Assembly: GCA_043584915.1 (NCBI GenBank)
Contig: CP121319.1
Span: 2,863,228 to 2,927,227, forward strand
Reading direction: 5' to 3'
Origin: Fluviicola sp.
Lineage (GTDB): Bacteria > Bacteroidota > Bacteroidia > Flavobacteriales_D > Crocinitomicaceae
DNA length: 64,000 nucleotides
In this document: one piece after another, positions 27,903 through 37,619 of the stretch
Layout of the letters: each line of letters starts with the position of its first letter
How positions within the stretch are numbered: the stretch's first letter is position 1
Position numbers and translations under genes: made by a program
Notes under the pieces: generated by a model
Seen by the model: the letters and a program-made list of their open reading frames with translations, nothing else
Database searches by the model: none
What the model was told of the DNA's origin: nothing

Positions 27903-29480
27903 ATGATAGTTAAAACCTATGGTGCTTCCCTGATGGGGATCAACGCCGCGACCATCACAGTTGAAGTCAATATTGTGGCAGGACTCAATTTTTTTCTTGT
28001 AGGATTGCCTGATGCAGCTGTGAAAGAAAGCCATCAACGAATCAAGGCATCCTTCAACAACAACGATTTGAAATTTCCGGGTAAAGAGATTACCGTAAAC
28101 TTGGCTCCAGCAGACATGCGTAAAGAAGGTTCTGTCTTTGATCTTCCCATTGCTATTGGGATTTTGGCAGCGAGCGAACAAATCTCTGACAGTCTTTTGA
28201 GTTCAACCATGTTTGTTGGGGAAATGTCGTTAGATGGTGATTTGCGACCATTGAAGGGAGCTCTTCCTATCGCTCTGAACGCGAAGAGAAGTGGATTCAA
28301 ACAGATCATATTACCACAGGAAAATGCAGAGGAAGCTGCTTTGGTAAAGGGAATCGACGTTCTCCCGGCAACTTGTTTGAAATCCGTCATTGAGCACCTT
28401 CAGGGTATTTCAGCATTAATTCCCTACCAACAAAGCAAACAGAAGCCGCTGCTTCAGAATGACTCGTTACTCGATTTTCGGGATGTGAAGGGACAGTTCT
28501 CCATAAAAAGAGCCTTCGAAATTGCTGCTGCGGGTGGACACAATCTTTTGTTAATCGGCCCTCCGGGTTCTGGAAAATCGATGTTAGCCAAAAGAATGCC
28601 AACAATTCTTCCACCCATGACCATGGATGAAGCCCTCCAGACAACACAAATTCATTCTGTTGTAGGAAAAGTCGCGGGCAAAGGATTGGTGCGTGAACGT
28701 CCTTTTCGAAAGCCGCACCACACCATTTCCGATGTTGCTCTTGTGGGCGGTGGATCGTACCCGCAGCCCGGTGAGATCTCTTTGGCGCACAACGGCGTGT
28801 TGTTCCTAGATGAACTTCCCGAATACAAGCGTACAGTCTTGGAAGTAATGCGGCAACCGTTGGAAGATAGAACGGTGACCATTTCAAGAGCAAAGTTCAC
28901 AGTTGATTACCCCGCGAGCTTTATGTTGGTGGCTGCGATGAATCCATGCCCTTGCGGCTACTACAATCATCCGGACCGAGATTGCACATGCAGTCCCGGA
29001 ACCGTGCAGCGCTATCTCAACAAAGTGTCGGGTCCTTTGATGGATCGCATCGATTTACACATTGAAGTGACTCCTGTAGATTATGACGACTTGTCCTCAA
29101 CGGCAGCACAGGAGGGAAGCGAGCAGATTCGACAAAGAGTGGTGCAAGCACGCGCGTTTCAGCAACAGCGTTTTTTGGACAGGAATGCGCTTCAAAAGAA
29201 TGTCCAGAAAGTAGAAGATGTTGCGTTGGAGAACTTTAACGAGCACGTTTCTGCAAACGCTGAAATGCAGCCCAGACATTTGCGTCGGTATTGCCAGTTG
29301 GATAAGGCGAGTGGCGATTTGATCAAGAATGCGATGAACAAATTGGGTTTATCGGCAAGAGCGTATGATCGAATCTTGAAGGTAGCTCGAACAATTGCCG
29401 ATTTGGATACGAGCGCCGATATTCAAGTGAAGCATGTTGCCGAGGCGATACAATACCGGAGTTTAGATTGCTTACGTTGA
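27903..29480 (+). CDS. comM: YifB/ComM family Mg-chelatase-like ATPase
   Basis: Lon-like N-domain, Walker A (LLIGPPGSGKSM), VLFLDELPE, and the CPCGY...C.C zinc motif. 525 aa. Confidence 0.9.
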   Translation: MIVKTYGASLMGINAATITVEVNIVAGLNFFLVGLPDAAVKESHQRIKASFNNNDLKFPGKEITVNLAPADMRKEGSVFDLPIAIGILAASEQISDSLLSSTMFVGEMSLDGDLRPLKGALPIALNAKRSGFKQIILPQENAEEAALVKGIDVLPATCLKSVIEHLQGISALIPYQQSKQKPLLQNDSLLDFRDVKGQFSIKRAFEIAAAGGHNLLLIGPPGSGKSMLAKRMPTILPPMTMDEALQTTQIHSVVGKVAGKGLVRERPFRKPHHTISDVALVGGGSYPQPGEISLAHNGVLFLDELPEYKRTVLEVMRQPLEDRTVTISRAKFTVDYPASFMLVAAMNPCPCGYYNHPDRDCTCSPGTVQRYLNKVSGPLMDRIDLHIEVTPVDYDDLSSTAAQEGSEQIRQRVVQARAFQQQRFLDRNALQKNVQKVEDVALENFNEHVSANAEMQPRHLRRYCQLDKASGDLIKNAMNKLGLSARAYDRILKVARTIADLDTSADIQVKHVAEAIQYRSLDCLR

Positions 29481-29606
29481 AGATTTAGCGATAGATTGTA
29501 AGGGGGGGGGAGTGGTGAGATGATTAAATCTAGCCAAACTTCATTTTTCTTATTTTGATTTTACTGATATTGGTGACTTCGGCTATCTTGATTTTTTGTT
29601 GGTTAA

Positions 29607-30587
29607 TTATTCAATTTCGGTTGCTTGAGAAGATTCTTCTGATTCTATTTCTACACCGTCCTTTGCGATACTATCGTAATAAAGTTTTGTCAGTTCAGAA
29701 GTGAGTAAATCATCATTTAACATCTTTATGAGAAGGTCTTTTGAAACGCGAGTGTCAAGATTGAACTTTGTTTCATCCGCATTATATCTCATGCTTCGTT
29801 TGGTACTTGGATGATTTTTTGAAAACGCAATAATGCTTTCATTCGGAATACCGAGTCTCATAACAGGAGAGGAGCGCGCTACCTTTGTAAGTTTTCTTGC
29901 AAAACTAACGTCAGAAACAAGTTCTCGAAGCGCTTCAATATTGCTGACCAATTCTAAATCTCGTATGGCATTTAGACTAACGAGCGCTTCTCGTTCAATA
30001 ACATCATGGAATCCAAAACTACGCTCGATTGTACCTAAGTCCATAATGATGAGTTCGCCACCTACCCGTATGACTTGAAATTTTGGCGTGATACGTAAAA
30101 GTTGTTCTTCAAATCGTTCGAAACGTTCACTTGGCTTTCTAAATATATATCCACCGCGACCTATTATTTCTACAGGAGAAAGTTTTTTGTAGAGTGTTAA
30201 ATCATTCGTATTATCTGCTAAGACAACAATTAAGGATTCTATTTTTGCAAGTTCATCATTTCTGAAGTTAAAGTTTTCAATTTTGTCGTTTCCAACAACG
30301 TTTTCCAAGACTTCAAGTTCTTCGGGGATTTCCAAGTCATATTGATAGAAACATTTTCCTCGTTCATCTGCTGATGAAAGTTGGAGAACAACGTGTTCAG
30401 ATTCTTCGATTATTGACTTGGTTATCGAGTTAGTGAAAAGTTCTTTCATCGCCGGAAGGTCATCTTCATCAATATCAAGTTTCACAGGGTCAGTTTCATC
30501 TTTGATGACAGCGTAAATGATAATTTGTAATTCTCCTTCTGGATTTTGTAAAAAAGCGAGTGCATCGTCAAGTTCAGTCTTGTTCAT
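29607..30587 (-). CDS. KwaB-like (DUF4868-like) protein, candidate Kiwa defence component (326 aa)
   Basis: Soluble ~320-aa protein whose start overlaps the end of a ~200-aa multi-TM protein gene. Size and architecture match KwaA/KwaB; there is no motif-level proof. Confidence 0.45.
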   Translation of the reverse strand: MNKTELDDALAFLQNPEGELQIIIYAVIKDETDPVKLDIDEDDLPAMKELFTNSITKSIIEESEHVVLQLSSADERGKCFYQYDLEIPEELEVLENVVGNDKIENFNFRNDELAKIESLIVVLADNTNDLTLYKKLSPVEIIGRGGYIFRKPSERFERFEEQLLRITPKFQVIRVGGELIIMDLGTIERSFGFHDVIEREALVSLNAIRDLELVSNIEALRELVSDVSFARKLTKVARSSPVMRLGIPNESIIAFSKNHPSTKRSMRYNADETKFNLDTRVSKDLLIKMLNDDLLTSELTKLYYDSIAKDGVEIESEESSQATEIE

Positions 30588-31164
30588 TGGTTGAAGTTAG
30601 AGAGGCGTAGTAAATCCTTTCGTCAAGTTTAAAATACTTTACGCGGTCCTCTTGGTTTATAATGTCCTTGGTTATAATAATGCGTTCTTTTCTTGTTGTC
30701 CCATCGCGAAACTCTCCACTCACTTTATAGATTCGAAAATTAAGAATAGCGAGCGTAGGGTTTGCGTAGAATAAGTCTGTCCTGATGTAGATTTTACCTA
30801 TGACAACTAAGATTATAACAAACGCGACAATATATCGAGTGCTATCGAATTGAAAGCAAACGAGCGGTATGATATAGGTGGTTAAAAAGGTTAAGTGTTC
30901 ATACTCTATGCTCTCGACCTCAGTGATTTTAAAAGAAAGTTGGGCGGTTCCTCTTGTTTGGAATTTAAAGTCACGTAGTGAGATTACCCCAATAATAAGT
31001 GCGAACAGGCACACTAACGGGATTCGGTTTCTATAGAGTAGTTCTGAAAATCCGATGAATTTCCATTGACCTGAGAAGCACAGGGGTACATCAATCGTAA
31101 TAACGATAATGAGAATAAACAGAAGCCAAAGTGAAAGAAAAAAAAGTCCAACTTTCCGAATCAT
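30574..31164 (-). CDS. KwaA-like small multi-pass membrane protein (196 aa)
   Basis: About four hydrophobic helices. Overlaps the downstream gene by 14 nt. Confidence 0.45.
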   Translation of the reverse strand: MIRKVGLFFLSLWLLFILIIVITIDVPLCFSGQWKFIGFSELLYRNRIPLVCLFALIIGVISLRDFKFQTRGTAQLSFKITEVESIEYEHLTFLTTYIIPLVCFQFDSTRYIVAFVIILVVIGKIYIRTDLFYANPTLAILNFRIYKVSGEFRDGTTRKERIIITKDIINQEDRVKYFKLDERIYYASLTSTNEQD

Positions 31165-31301
31165 TTTGAGCTTTTTCTTCGTTTGTCTTGTTGGATTTGT
31201 TGACTTCGATTGTCTTGATTCTTCTTGAAGGTTTCATTCGTGCCTGAAGTTCCCTTATTTGCATTACTTATATCCGATTCGTGGTTCTTTTTCTTTGCCA
31301 T
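31161..31301 (-). CDS. Possible 46-aa hydrophilic leader ORF
   Basis: ATG at 31301. Its TGA stop overlaps the ATG of 30574-31164 (ATGA). Sequence MAKKKNHESDISNANKGTSGTNETFKKNQDNRSQQIQQDKRRKSSK. Not in the track because it is under 60 aa. Confidence 0.25.
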   Translation of the reverse strand: MAKKKNHESDISNANKGTSGTNETFKKNQDNRSQQIQQDKRRKSSK

Positions 31302-31355
31302 AATTCAATGTATTGGTAGAAAACAAAGATGATGAAGAGCGAGGAAAGGGGCAAT

Positions 31356-31717
31356 AGGTACTTGTACCTAATTTCCTAGCATTTGGCTATGAACGGAGTT
31401 GTATCCTGAGTCAAAGCTGAATCTCAGAGAAACGTCAAAACGAAATCGCTGAAAAATAAGTTTCAGTTCCGAAGCGGAATCCCCGGATTGCTTCCGAAGT
31501 GAGGAGGTAAGTTGAATTTTAAAGGTTAGTAAAACAGCGGAGGCGCCTGCCGTTTGGATGATTCATCCACTCGTCCGTTAGTTTTACTTCTTTAAAATTC
31601 AGCGCCGAACGGCTTGAAGCAATCCTTGATTTTTTCATCCTTTTTTATCAAGAAAAAAGGATAAAGAAGACTATTTGGAAATGATTTTGCCGAAAAGTAG
31701 GAAATCGGGTACTTGTA
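31356..31717. mobile_element. MITE-like / highly structured ~340-bp element with an 11-bp flanking direct repeat
   Basis: ggtacttgtac occurs at 31356-31366 and 31707-31717. Terminal inverted repeats aatttccta (31369-31377) and taggaaat (31697-31704). Nested internal inverted repeats: 31484-31493/31615-31624, 31513-31523/31589-31599, 31528-31534/31580-31586. Confidence 0.4.
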
Positions 31718-31919
31718 CTCAATTTTCATATGGACCTTCCACACCGTGTTTTAATTTTTAATTTAGGATTGAAACAAACACTATTCAATATGAAAAATGT
31801 TATTTATTTAAGTGCTTTTTTAACACTTTTCTCTCAAAACTCATTTCTCAACTGACGTTGTTTGAATAGTTATTTGAATCTTCATTCGCATCTCGGCAAG
31901 GGAGGGAAAGAAAACATGC

Positions 31920-34685
31920 TTAGGCCTTTGATCTTATACCCAACCAAAGTTTCATAAGCAATCCAGCAATGGCAATAATTAAAATCAAAGCAATCCAAAA
32001 GATGAAATTGCTATTCGGTGAACCTTCTATTAAGGTAATCGATGAAGTACTCCCAAGAACGACTGGGGTCGCCCAATTGCGCGGATGTGCACTTTGGTTG
32101 TCCGTGCTTTCGTCGTTCAGGAAATCCAACTTCGCTTGTTGCATTGCCCAGGCAGGGTGCGCATTTGTTTTTAAGTGAAGGTAAAATTGCTCAAAGATTT
32201 GTGCATTTGTTCCATGGTTGGCACGCCATATATTCGTGATCACACAATTGCTGCCAGAAGCGATAAATCCGCGTGCTAAACTCATCACACCTTCACCTGC
32301 AATATATTTTCCATTTCCTGTTTCACAAGCATTTAATACAACAAGGTCTGCTTTGGTCTCCAATTGCAAGAGTTCAGAGGTAAGCAATTTGTTCTCACCA
32401 TTGAAAGCAATCCAGGAGTCCAAAATATTGGCTGTATCCGACCCAGCATGCGTGGAGATATGAACAATTCTATTCTCCTCCAAAGCACGAGAAAATTGCA
32501 ATTTCGAAGCTTCGTTCCCCGTAAAGGAAATACCATTCAATTGTTTGCCCGCAGCACTAACCTCTTGCTCTGACTTAGAAAGGAATGGCAGCTCAGAACT
32601 ATTTTTAAATGCGGGAGCAAATCCAGCGAAAGCGCCAAATGCTTTGTTTTTAGCTTTGGAAAATGCCGTGGCCGTTGTGGGAGCATAGGAAATAACTTTA
32701 GAGCGTACCAAATAGGGCAATTCTTTCCAGTTGGATTTTTCCGCTTTGGATGAAACCAACGCTTCGAGAGGAATTTTACTCAAGAACCCATCAGGCAATA
32801 CAATCCAACGCTTTTTGTTTGATTTTCGCATCGATTGCGGAACCAGTTTGCGATAAAGTACATAAGCGTTTTCGGCATAGGTGCTCGGCGAATCTTCAGA
32901 GTTTCCATGCAATGTACTTCCAACAACAGTGATTGCTTCTTTCAGAGATTGATCCACGCGATGAAGTGCAAATTTTCCGTCTGAAACGCATACCGAATAA
33001 ATGTTGCTTCCAACAAAATAATTGATCAAACTTTCATTTTTCTTTAGCCCTTGCAGTTGGCTGTGCACCTTCTTTTCATCGTATTCATACAAATCAGATT
33101 GCAAGGTTGGATATCGCTTGAATAAAGAAGATCCCAAAATCTGCTTTTCCTGGTCCAGGTTTGCAATGGTTTTCGACAATGCCCGCTCATTTTCCTCATC
33201 CTGTTTCATAATCGCCGCTCGGCGTTCTCTTTCGAATTGGGAAATTTGAACGGCAAGATTTTGGAATTGTAGAAACTCAGGATCGTCCTGGTTTCTCGAA
33301 AACTTGAGAACTTGTAAGGATTGCGAAAGAAGAATCCCCTTTGATTGGTCAATAAACCTATACGCGATTTGTGCCAATGCATCCTCGGGTAACTTCGACT
33401 TTAAATCGAACGTTAATGCAATAGCCTCTTCACCAATAGCATGAATTTCTTCGGCAAAACTCAATTTCGAGTAAGTGTCCTGCTGCTCTTGAATACTAAT
33501 ATTAACCCAATCGAAATACGTTTGATAAGCCTCTAGTGCTGCTTGATGGAAACTGGCAGAATCTTTCAAGGCTTCACATGATCGTGCTTTTCCAATCAAC
33601 GCCTCACCAATGCTTACCTCTGGAGACATTTGCCCTGCTTCTGGATACGAAAGTGCATAATTGTTAGGGAAGGAGAAGCATGCTGCCTGCAAAGCACGAT
33701 GGTAAGTGTTCAAAGCGAGTTGATGATTCTGAGTTGCCGAATAATTATCCGCCAGAGACAAGTACACTTTGGCCACTTTTCTGTGTCGAAATGGATACAT
33801 TTCCAGAACTTCCTGCTCTGCATTCGTGAGTAGGGTGTGCGCACGTGCAAACTGCTTCGTTTGAGTGTACAAATTGCCCAAGGTTGTGTACACACCAATT
33901 TCGTAACGCTTGATTTGATCAAATCGATAATCTGCCGTATTTATGGCATTCCTCGCCCTTTGGAAGGCGGTCAAACTTTGCTCTGAAGCCAAAATGCCTT
34001 CGGAGAATGCTCCGTTTTTAGCATAGGCTTCAGCAAGACTTGAGTAAAGCAACCCCTTGTTATAATAATCGCTTTTACTTTTGACAATTCCCGAAGTGAG
34101 AATGTGTTCGCAAGAGTCCATTAAGCCTTTGTTCATGTAGGCGCGTCCCAAATCATTGATGCCGTTCAATTCAGCGCCAACTTCCTTATTTTCAGCGGCA
34201 ATAGCAATGAATTGTTCCAACATCCGAATGGCTTGCTCGTTTTCTCCAAAACGCGTGTGGATGTTACCCAGTGGTTGATACACATAGCGAGCCACAAGAA
34301 AATTTTCAATTTCTGTTGCGCGAAAACGTTCCAAAGCGAGCAGGTAATTTTCTTTGGCTTTGAGGAAATTTCCATAATGGGCCTCATGCAAGTACGCACG
34401 ATTCACATAAATCCAAGCAAGTTTTTCAATTTCCTGTTTGAGCATTGGCTCGGCAGGCATAAAATTGATACAAGAATCCAAAGTTGCAAGCGCCCGATCA
34501 ATCTCATGGTTATCCCGATATGCCGCACTTCTTGATTTATGGTCGTTGTACCAGGCCATTAAATCTACCTCTGGCGCATCGACTTTTATCGTAGTTCTGT
34601 TTGAACTTACGCCCCAAGGTGCGGTCAAGCTCCAAAGAAAAATGGCAACAAAGCAAAAAAATAGTGGTACGAAAACGTGTTTCAT
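31920..34685 (-). CDS. TPR-repeat CHAT-domain (caspase-like) protease with N-terminal leader and C-terminal TM helix (921 aa)
   Basis: CHAT catalytic His/Cys context (IVHISTHAGSD; DLVVLNACETGNG...GVMSLARGFIASG). The N-terminal half is TPR-like and the C-terminus is hydrophobic (FIFWIALILIIAIAGLLMKLW). Confidence 0.8.
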   Translation of the reverse strand: MKHVFVPLFFCFVAIFLWSLTAPWGVSSNRTTIKVDAPEVDLMAWYNDHKSRSAAYRDNHEIDRALATLDSCINFMPAEPMLKQEIEKLAWIYVNRAYLHEAHYGNFLKAKENYLLALERFRATEIENFLVARYVYQPLGNIHTRFGENEQAIRMLEQFIAIAAENKEVGAELNGINDLGRAYMNKGLMDSCEHILTSGIVKSKSDYYNKGLLYSSLAEAYAKNGAFSEGILASEQSLTAFQRARNAINTADYRFDQIKRYEIGVYTTLGNLYTQTKQFARAHTLLTNAEQEVLEMYPFRHRKVAKVYLSLADNYSATQNHQLALNTYHRALQAACFSFPNNYALSYPEAGQMSPEVSIGEALIGKARSCEALKDSASFHQAALEAYQTYFDWVNISIQEQQDTYSKLSFAEEIHAIGEEAIALTFDLKSKLPEDALAQIAYRFIDQSKGILLSQSLQVLKFSRNQDDPEFLQFQNLAVQISQFERERRAAIMKQDEENERALSKTIANLDQEKQILGSSLFKRYPTLQSDLYEYDEKKVHSQLQGLKKNESLINYFVGSNIYSVCVSDGKFALHRVDQSLKEAITVVGSTLHGNSEDSPSTYAENAYVLYRKLVPQSMRKSNKKRWIVLPDGFLSKIPLEALVSSKAEKSNWKELPYLVRSKVISYAPTTATAFSKAKNKAFGAFAGFAPAFKNSSELPFLSKSEQEVSAAGKQLNGISFTGNEASKLQFSRALEENRIVHISTHAGSDTANILDSWIAFNGENKLLTSELLQLETKADLVVLNACETGNGKYIAGEGVMSLARGFIASGSNCVITNIWRANHGTNAQIFEQFYLHLKTNAHPAWAMQQAKLDFLNDESTDNQSAHPRNWATPVVLGSTSSITLIEGSPNSNFIFWIALILIIAIAGLLMKLWLGIRSKA

Positions 34686-34711
34686 ACCACTAAACTATCA
34701 GTTTTTAGAGA

Positions 34712-36040
34712 TTACTTTTTCTTAATGAGAGAATTTTCTTTCATCGGTTCAGCTATTTGATTGGTCGGCTTTACCGTATAAAAGCCACCGCCAGACGTCA
34801 ATGGGTCCATGCAAATAGTCGTAACTTCATTCGTCTCAATTGGGGCGTTTTCATCGAATACAATTGTCGAATGGCACACCACAGCCGGGCCGAAGCGGTA
34901 ATTGGGTAGCACCTTAACTGTAAATTCAACAGAGGAACGTGTAAGACTGAGGTCTTTACACATGCGGTCTTGAGTTGTTCGTAAAACTAGATCGTTGAAC
35001 TCAAAGGTAAGAATGCGTGTATCATAGTCAATGTCATAAATGGGGCCATTGCCGGGGTTATAGGCATTGTTGATTGGTTTCATTTGAATAGTTGTACCAC
35101 CGTATTCCTTTGGTAATACGATCTCTGAGATGGTCGATAAATTCAGTTTTGGATCCAAATGGCACTTTACCTGAACAAATCGGGTAGTGGTATCTCCCAC
35201 ATTTTGGAAATGCACCTTGTATGTGATCGGTTCCCCTCCAAAATCACATTCAGTTACAGCTTCTGAAGTCTCCTGCATAAAGTTAGGGTCATGCGATTCT
35301 GCCACTGGAATGCTTAATGCACAACGTGTAACGTTATTCATTGGTGGCAATTCATGTTTGTCGATATTCATGGATACGTTAAAAGTAACGACTTCTTGAG
35401 TAGGAGAAATAACGGCAACAGGAACTAGAATAGTACGTTCTTGTCCTGCTCTTAAACCGCTAAAACGCCACCTTTTCGCTTGATCAAATACTTCACCATT
35501 GGGATGAAACTCAGGGTGCAACCCGATATAGTTTGAGGCGAAGCGTGTAGCCGGGTCTGCGGTCAAATCCAAAGAGCCAGTGTAGGCTCCATTTCCGCCG
35601 ATTTGTGGAGGCAAAGCATACGTGATTAACAGAAAAAGGGTGTCATCAGGTACAGCGTTACGGTAATGTTGAATTTTTATGGAGGTTCCAGGATCGAGTA
35701 ATTGTCCGCTGATGGGCGCACCGCTATTTGGCGTAGAAGTAACCACTTTTGGCGGAGGTCCTCCGGTTCCATAATTTTCTGTTGGAGCAGCGAAAACTTC
35801 ATATGATCCCATTCTCGGGAATGTTGTTATCGGGTCTTCTACAAAACTGAATTGATTGTCACCAAACCACCAAAGGTGAGAATAAAACGCTCCTTGTTGA
35901 GAAATGGGCAAGCCTTGAAATTCGTATTTGAATTGTTCAGGATTTCCAACAACCGTTTGAACAATTTGTTGTGCTTGCACCTGAAATAAGCAAATACTAA
36001 AAAAGAGAAGTAGAGACAGGGTGTTTTTGTTTGTTTTCAT
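34712..36040 (-). CDS. Secreted hypothetical protein (442 aa)
   Basis: Signal peptide MKTNKNTLSLLLFFSICLFQVQAQQ. Beta-rich, with no assignable domain. Sits upstream of the CHAT gene in the same orientation. Confidence 0.6.
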   Translation of the reverse strand: MKTNKNTLSLLLFFSICLFQVQAQQIVQTVVGNPEQFKYEFQGLPISQQGAFYSHLWWFGDNQFSFVEDPITTFPRMGSYEVFAAPTENYGTGGPPPKVVTSTPNSGAPISGQLLDPGTSIKIQHYRNAVPDDTLFLLITYALPPQIGGNGAYTGSLDLTADPATRFASNYIGLHPEFHPNGEVFDQAKRWRFSGLRAGQERTILVPVAVISPTQEVVTFNVSMNIDKHELPPMNNVTRCALSIPVAESHDPNFMQETSEAVTECDFGGEPITYKVHFQNVGDTTTRFVQVKCHLDPKLNLSTISEIVLPKEYGGTTIQMKPINNAYNPGNGPIYDIDYDTRILTFEFNDLVLRTTQDRMCKDLSLTRSSVEFTVKVLPNYRFGPAVVCHSTIVFDENAPIETNEVTTICMDPLTSGGGFYTVKPTNQIAEPMKENSLIKKK

Positions 36041-36253
36041 CAGTGTACGTTTTTATGGTTGGTACCAGCTTCGAAAATAATCTAACCGGCAAAAGCGTAA
36101 AAAAACAAATTTCTTTCATCTAGATCCTTATTTAATGGAAGTTCTACTTTTGTACAAGACACATTCAAAATAAACCAACTGTTATTTACACGATCCTATA
36201 GCGATGAAGAAATTATTGCAACCCTCAATTCAGCAAGTAGGGGTGAGAATCAT

Positions 36254-36778
36254 GTGATTCAATTTTTACTCGATAAAAATCGGGGTAAAATTACTTCGTA
36301 TGTGCTAAAAAATAGCGGTGGGAAAGACGATGCCGAAGCAGTTTTGGTGGAAGGCGTAACCCATTTAATTTTGAATGTAAGGAAAGGTCAGTTCAAGGGG
36401 GGAAGTACGCTGGGAACCTATCTTTTTTCCATTTGTAGGGGCGTTTGGTTGAAAACTTTACGGAAGGAAAAACGCTACGCAGACCTTGAAGAAGATACAT
36501 CAACGGCGATGGATAATAACTCGCCGCTGCAACATTTCTCAGAATCGGAGTTGCAAAAGGAAGTTGGCTTTTTACTAGGGAAAATTGGAGCGGCGTGCCA
36601 GGAAGTTTTGAGATTATGGGCACAACATTATTCCATGTCGGAAATTGCCGCGCAAATGGAGTATAAGAATGCTCAGATTTCCATGAATAAGAAGAACAAA
36701 TGTTTGGGGAAATTGAAAGAAATCGTTCGAGAAAACCAAAAATATAGAGAGCAATTGCAAAGTTTTTTACTTAATTGA
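36254..36778 (+). CDS. ECF-type sigma-70 family sigma factor (start may lie upstream)
   Basis: Region 2-like segment (DAEAVLVEGVTHLILNV...TYLFSICRGVWLKTLRKE) and a region 4 HTH (MSEIAAQMEYKNAQISMNKKNKCLGKLKE). The frame stays open upstream of the GTG used in the track. Confidence 0.75.
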   Translation: MIQFLLDKNRGKITSYVLKNSGGKDDAEAVLVEGVTHLILNVRKGQFKGGSTLGTYLFSICRGVWLKTLRKEKRYADLEEDTSTAMDNNSPLQHFSESELQKEVGFLLGKIGAACQEVLRLWAQHYSMSEIAAQMEYKNAQISMNKKNKCLGKLKEIVRENQKYREQLQSFLLN

Positions 36779-36782
36779 AACA

Positions 36783-37499
36783 GTGGAAGATCGCACGCAA
36801 CATATCGATGATTATCTCAACAAGCGCTTATTGGAAGAAGATGCAGCGAAGTTTGAGCGGGATTTAGAAGCAGATCCAAATTTGCGCGATGAGCTAGCAT
36901 TGCAGCAAAAAGTTCAACTGTTATTAGAAGAAAACGAGCGGTTGGAATTAAAAAGTCAAGTAGCGAAGATCGCTCAAAATCAAATCAAATCTGGAGCGTC
37001 GAAGTCCATGATTCTGAAAATCGCGGCTGTCATCCTTTTGCTTTTAATTCCGACTTATTTCTATGTGTCCAATCAGTATTCGGATGCCAGTTTGTACGCT
37101 GCTTATGAAGAAACCTATGAAGATCGATTGACGACAATGAGTGCTTCCGATGACCTTCAAGAGGCCATGCACGCTTACAATACCGAGAAATACAAGAAAG
37201 CTGCCATCTTACTCCGTGAAATACGCATCGAAAATGCGGAAGAACGTGCGGTCATTTATGAGGCGGTCGCTTACCGCAAGTCGAATCAGTCGCAAAAATC
37301 GATTCAATTATTGAACAAATACATCCCTAAATCACAGTTCAAGGAAACTTTGCAATGGGAACTCATTCTAAATTATTTGGCGTTAGAACAGGGCGATGAA
37401 GCGCAGAAAACACTTCAAGAGTTCCTCAAGAACAATTCAGGTTACAAGCAGGAACAAGCAGAGGCACTGTTGCAAGATCTTCAGAGTTTTTGGAGGTGA
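36783..37499 (+). CDS. Putative anti-sigma factor (single TM, TPR-like C-terminal domain)
   Basis: Starts 4 nt after the sigma factor stop. Has a short cytoplasmic N-domain, a TM helix (MILKIAAVILLLLIPTYFYV) and a helical-repeat C-terminus. Confidence 0.6.
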   Translation: MEDRTQHIDDYLNKRLLEEDAAKFERDLEADPNLRDELALQQKVQLLLEENERLELKSQVAKIAQNQIKSGASKSMILKIAAVILLLLIPTYFYVSNQYSDASLYAAYEETYEDRLTTMSASDDLQEAMHAYNTEKYKKAAILLREIRIENAEERAVIYEAVAYRKSNQSQKSIQLLNKYIPKSQFKETLQWELILNYLALEQGDEAQKTLQEFLKNNSGYKQEQAEALLQDLQSFWR

Positions 37500-37536
37500 T
37501 CCATTAACCTTTTTAAGTATAAATACTTAGCGTCAT

Positions 37537-37549
37537 GCGCACATATGCG
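37537..37549. promoter_or_regulatory. Upstream motif (gcgcacatatgcg) shared with the eCIS upstream region
   Basis: Its reverse complement cgcatatgtgcgc matches cgtatatgtgcgc (27695-27707) at 12/13 positions. Relative to the direction of transcription it has the same orientation as the eCIS copies. Lies 71 nt before the ATG at 37620. Confidence 0.5.
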
Positions 37550-37619
37550 TGAATTGTTGATTTGGCTTTTTTTAACCGAATAAAGACGTATATTTAAGAC
37601 TCTAGTCACTAAAATTACA

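Noticed and set aside
28034-28900. - strand ORFs inside comM (28034-28390, 28387-28893, 28652-28900)
   Set aside because: They overlap a gene with unambiguous ComM/YifB motifs on the + strand.
29502-29510. G9 homopolymer downstream of comM
   Set aside because: It is intergenic between convergent genes, with no adjacent start codon or promoter context that would make it a phase-variation tract.
37514-37529. Palindrome taagtat-aa-atactta just before the shared motif
   Set aside because: It could be an operator or a weak terminator of the anti-sigma gene, but it is a single AT-rich copy without a T-tract, which is insufficient evidence.
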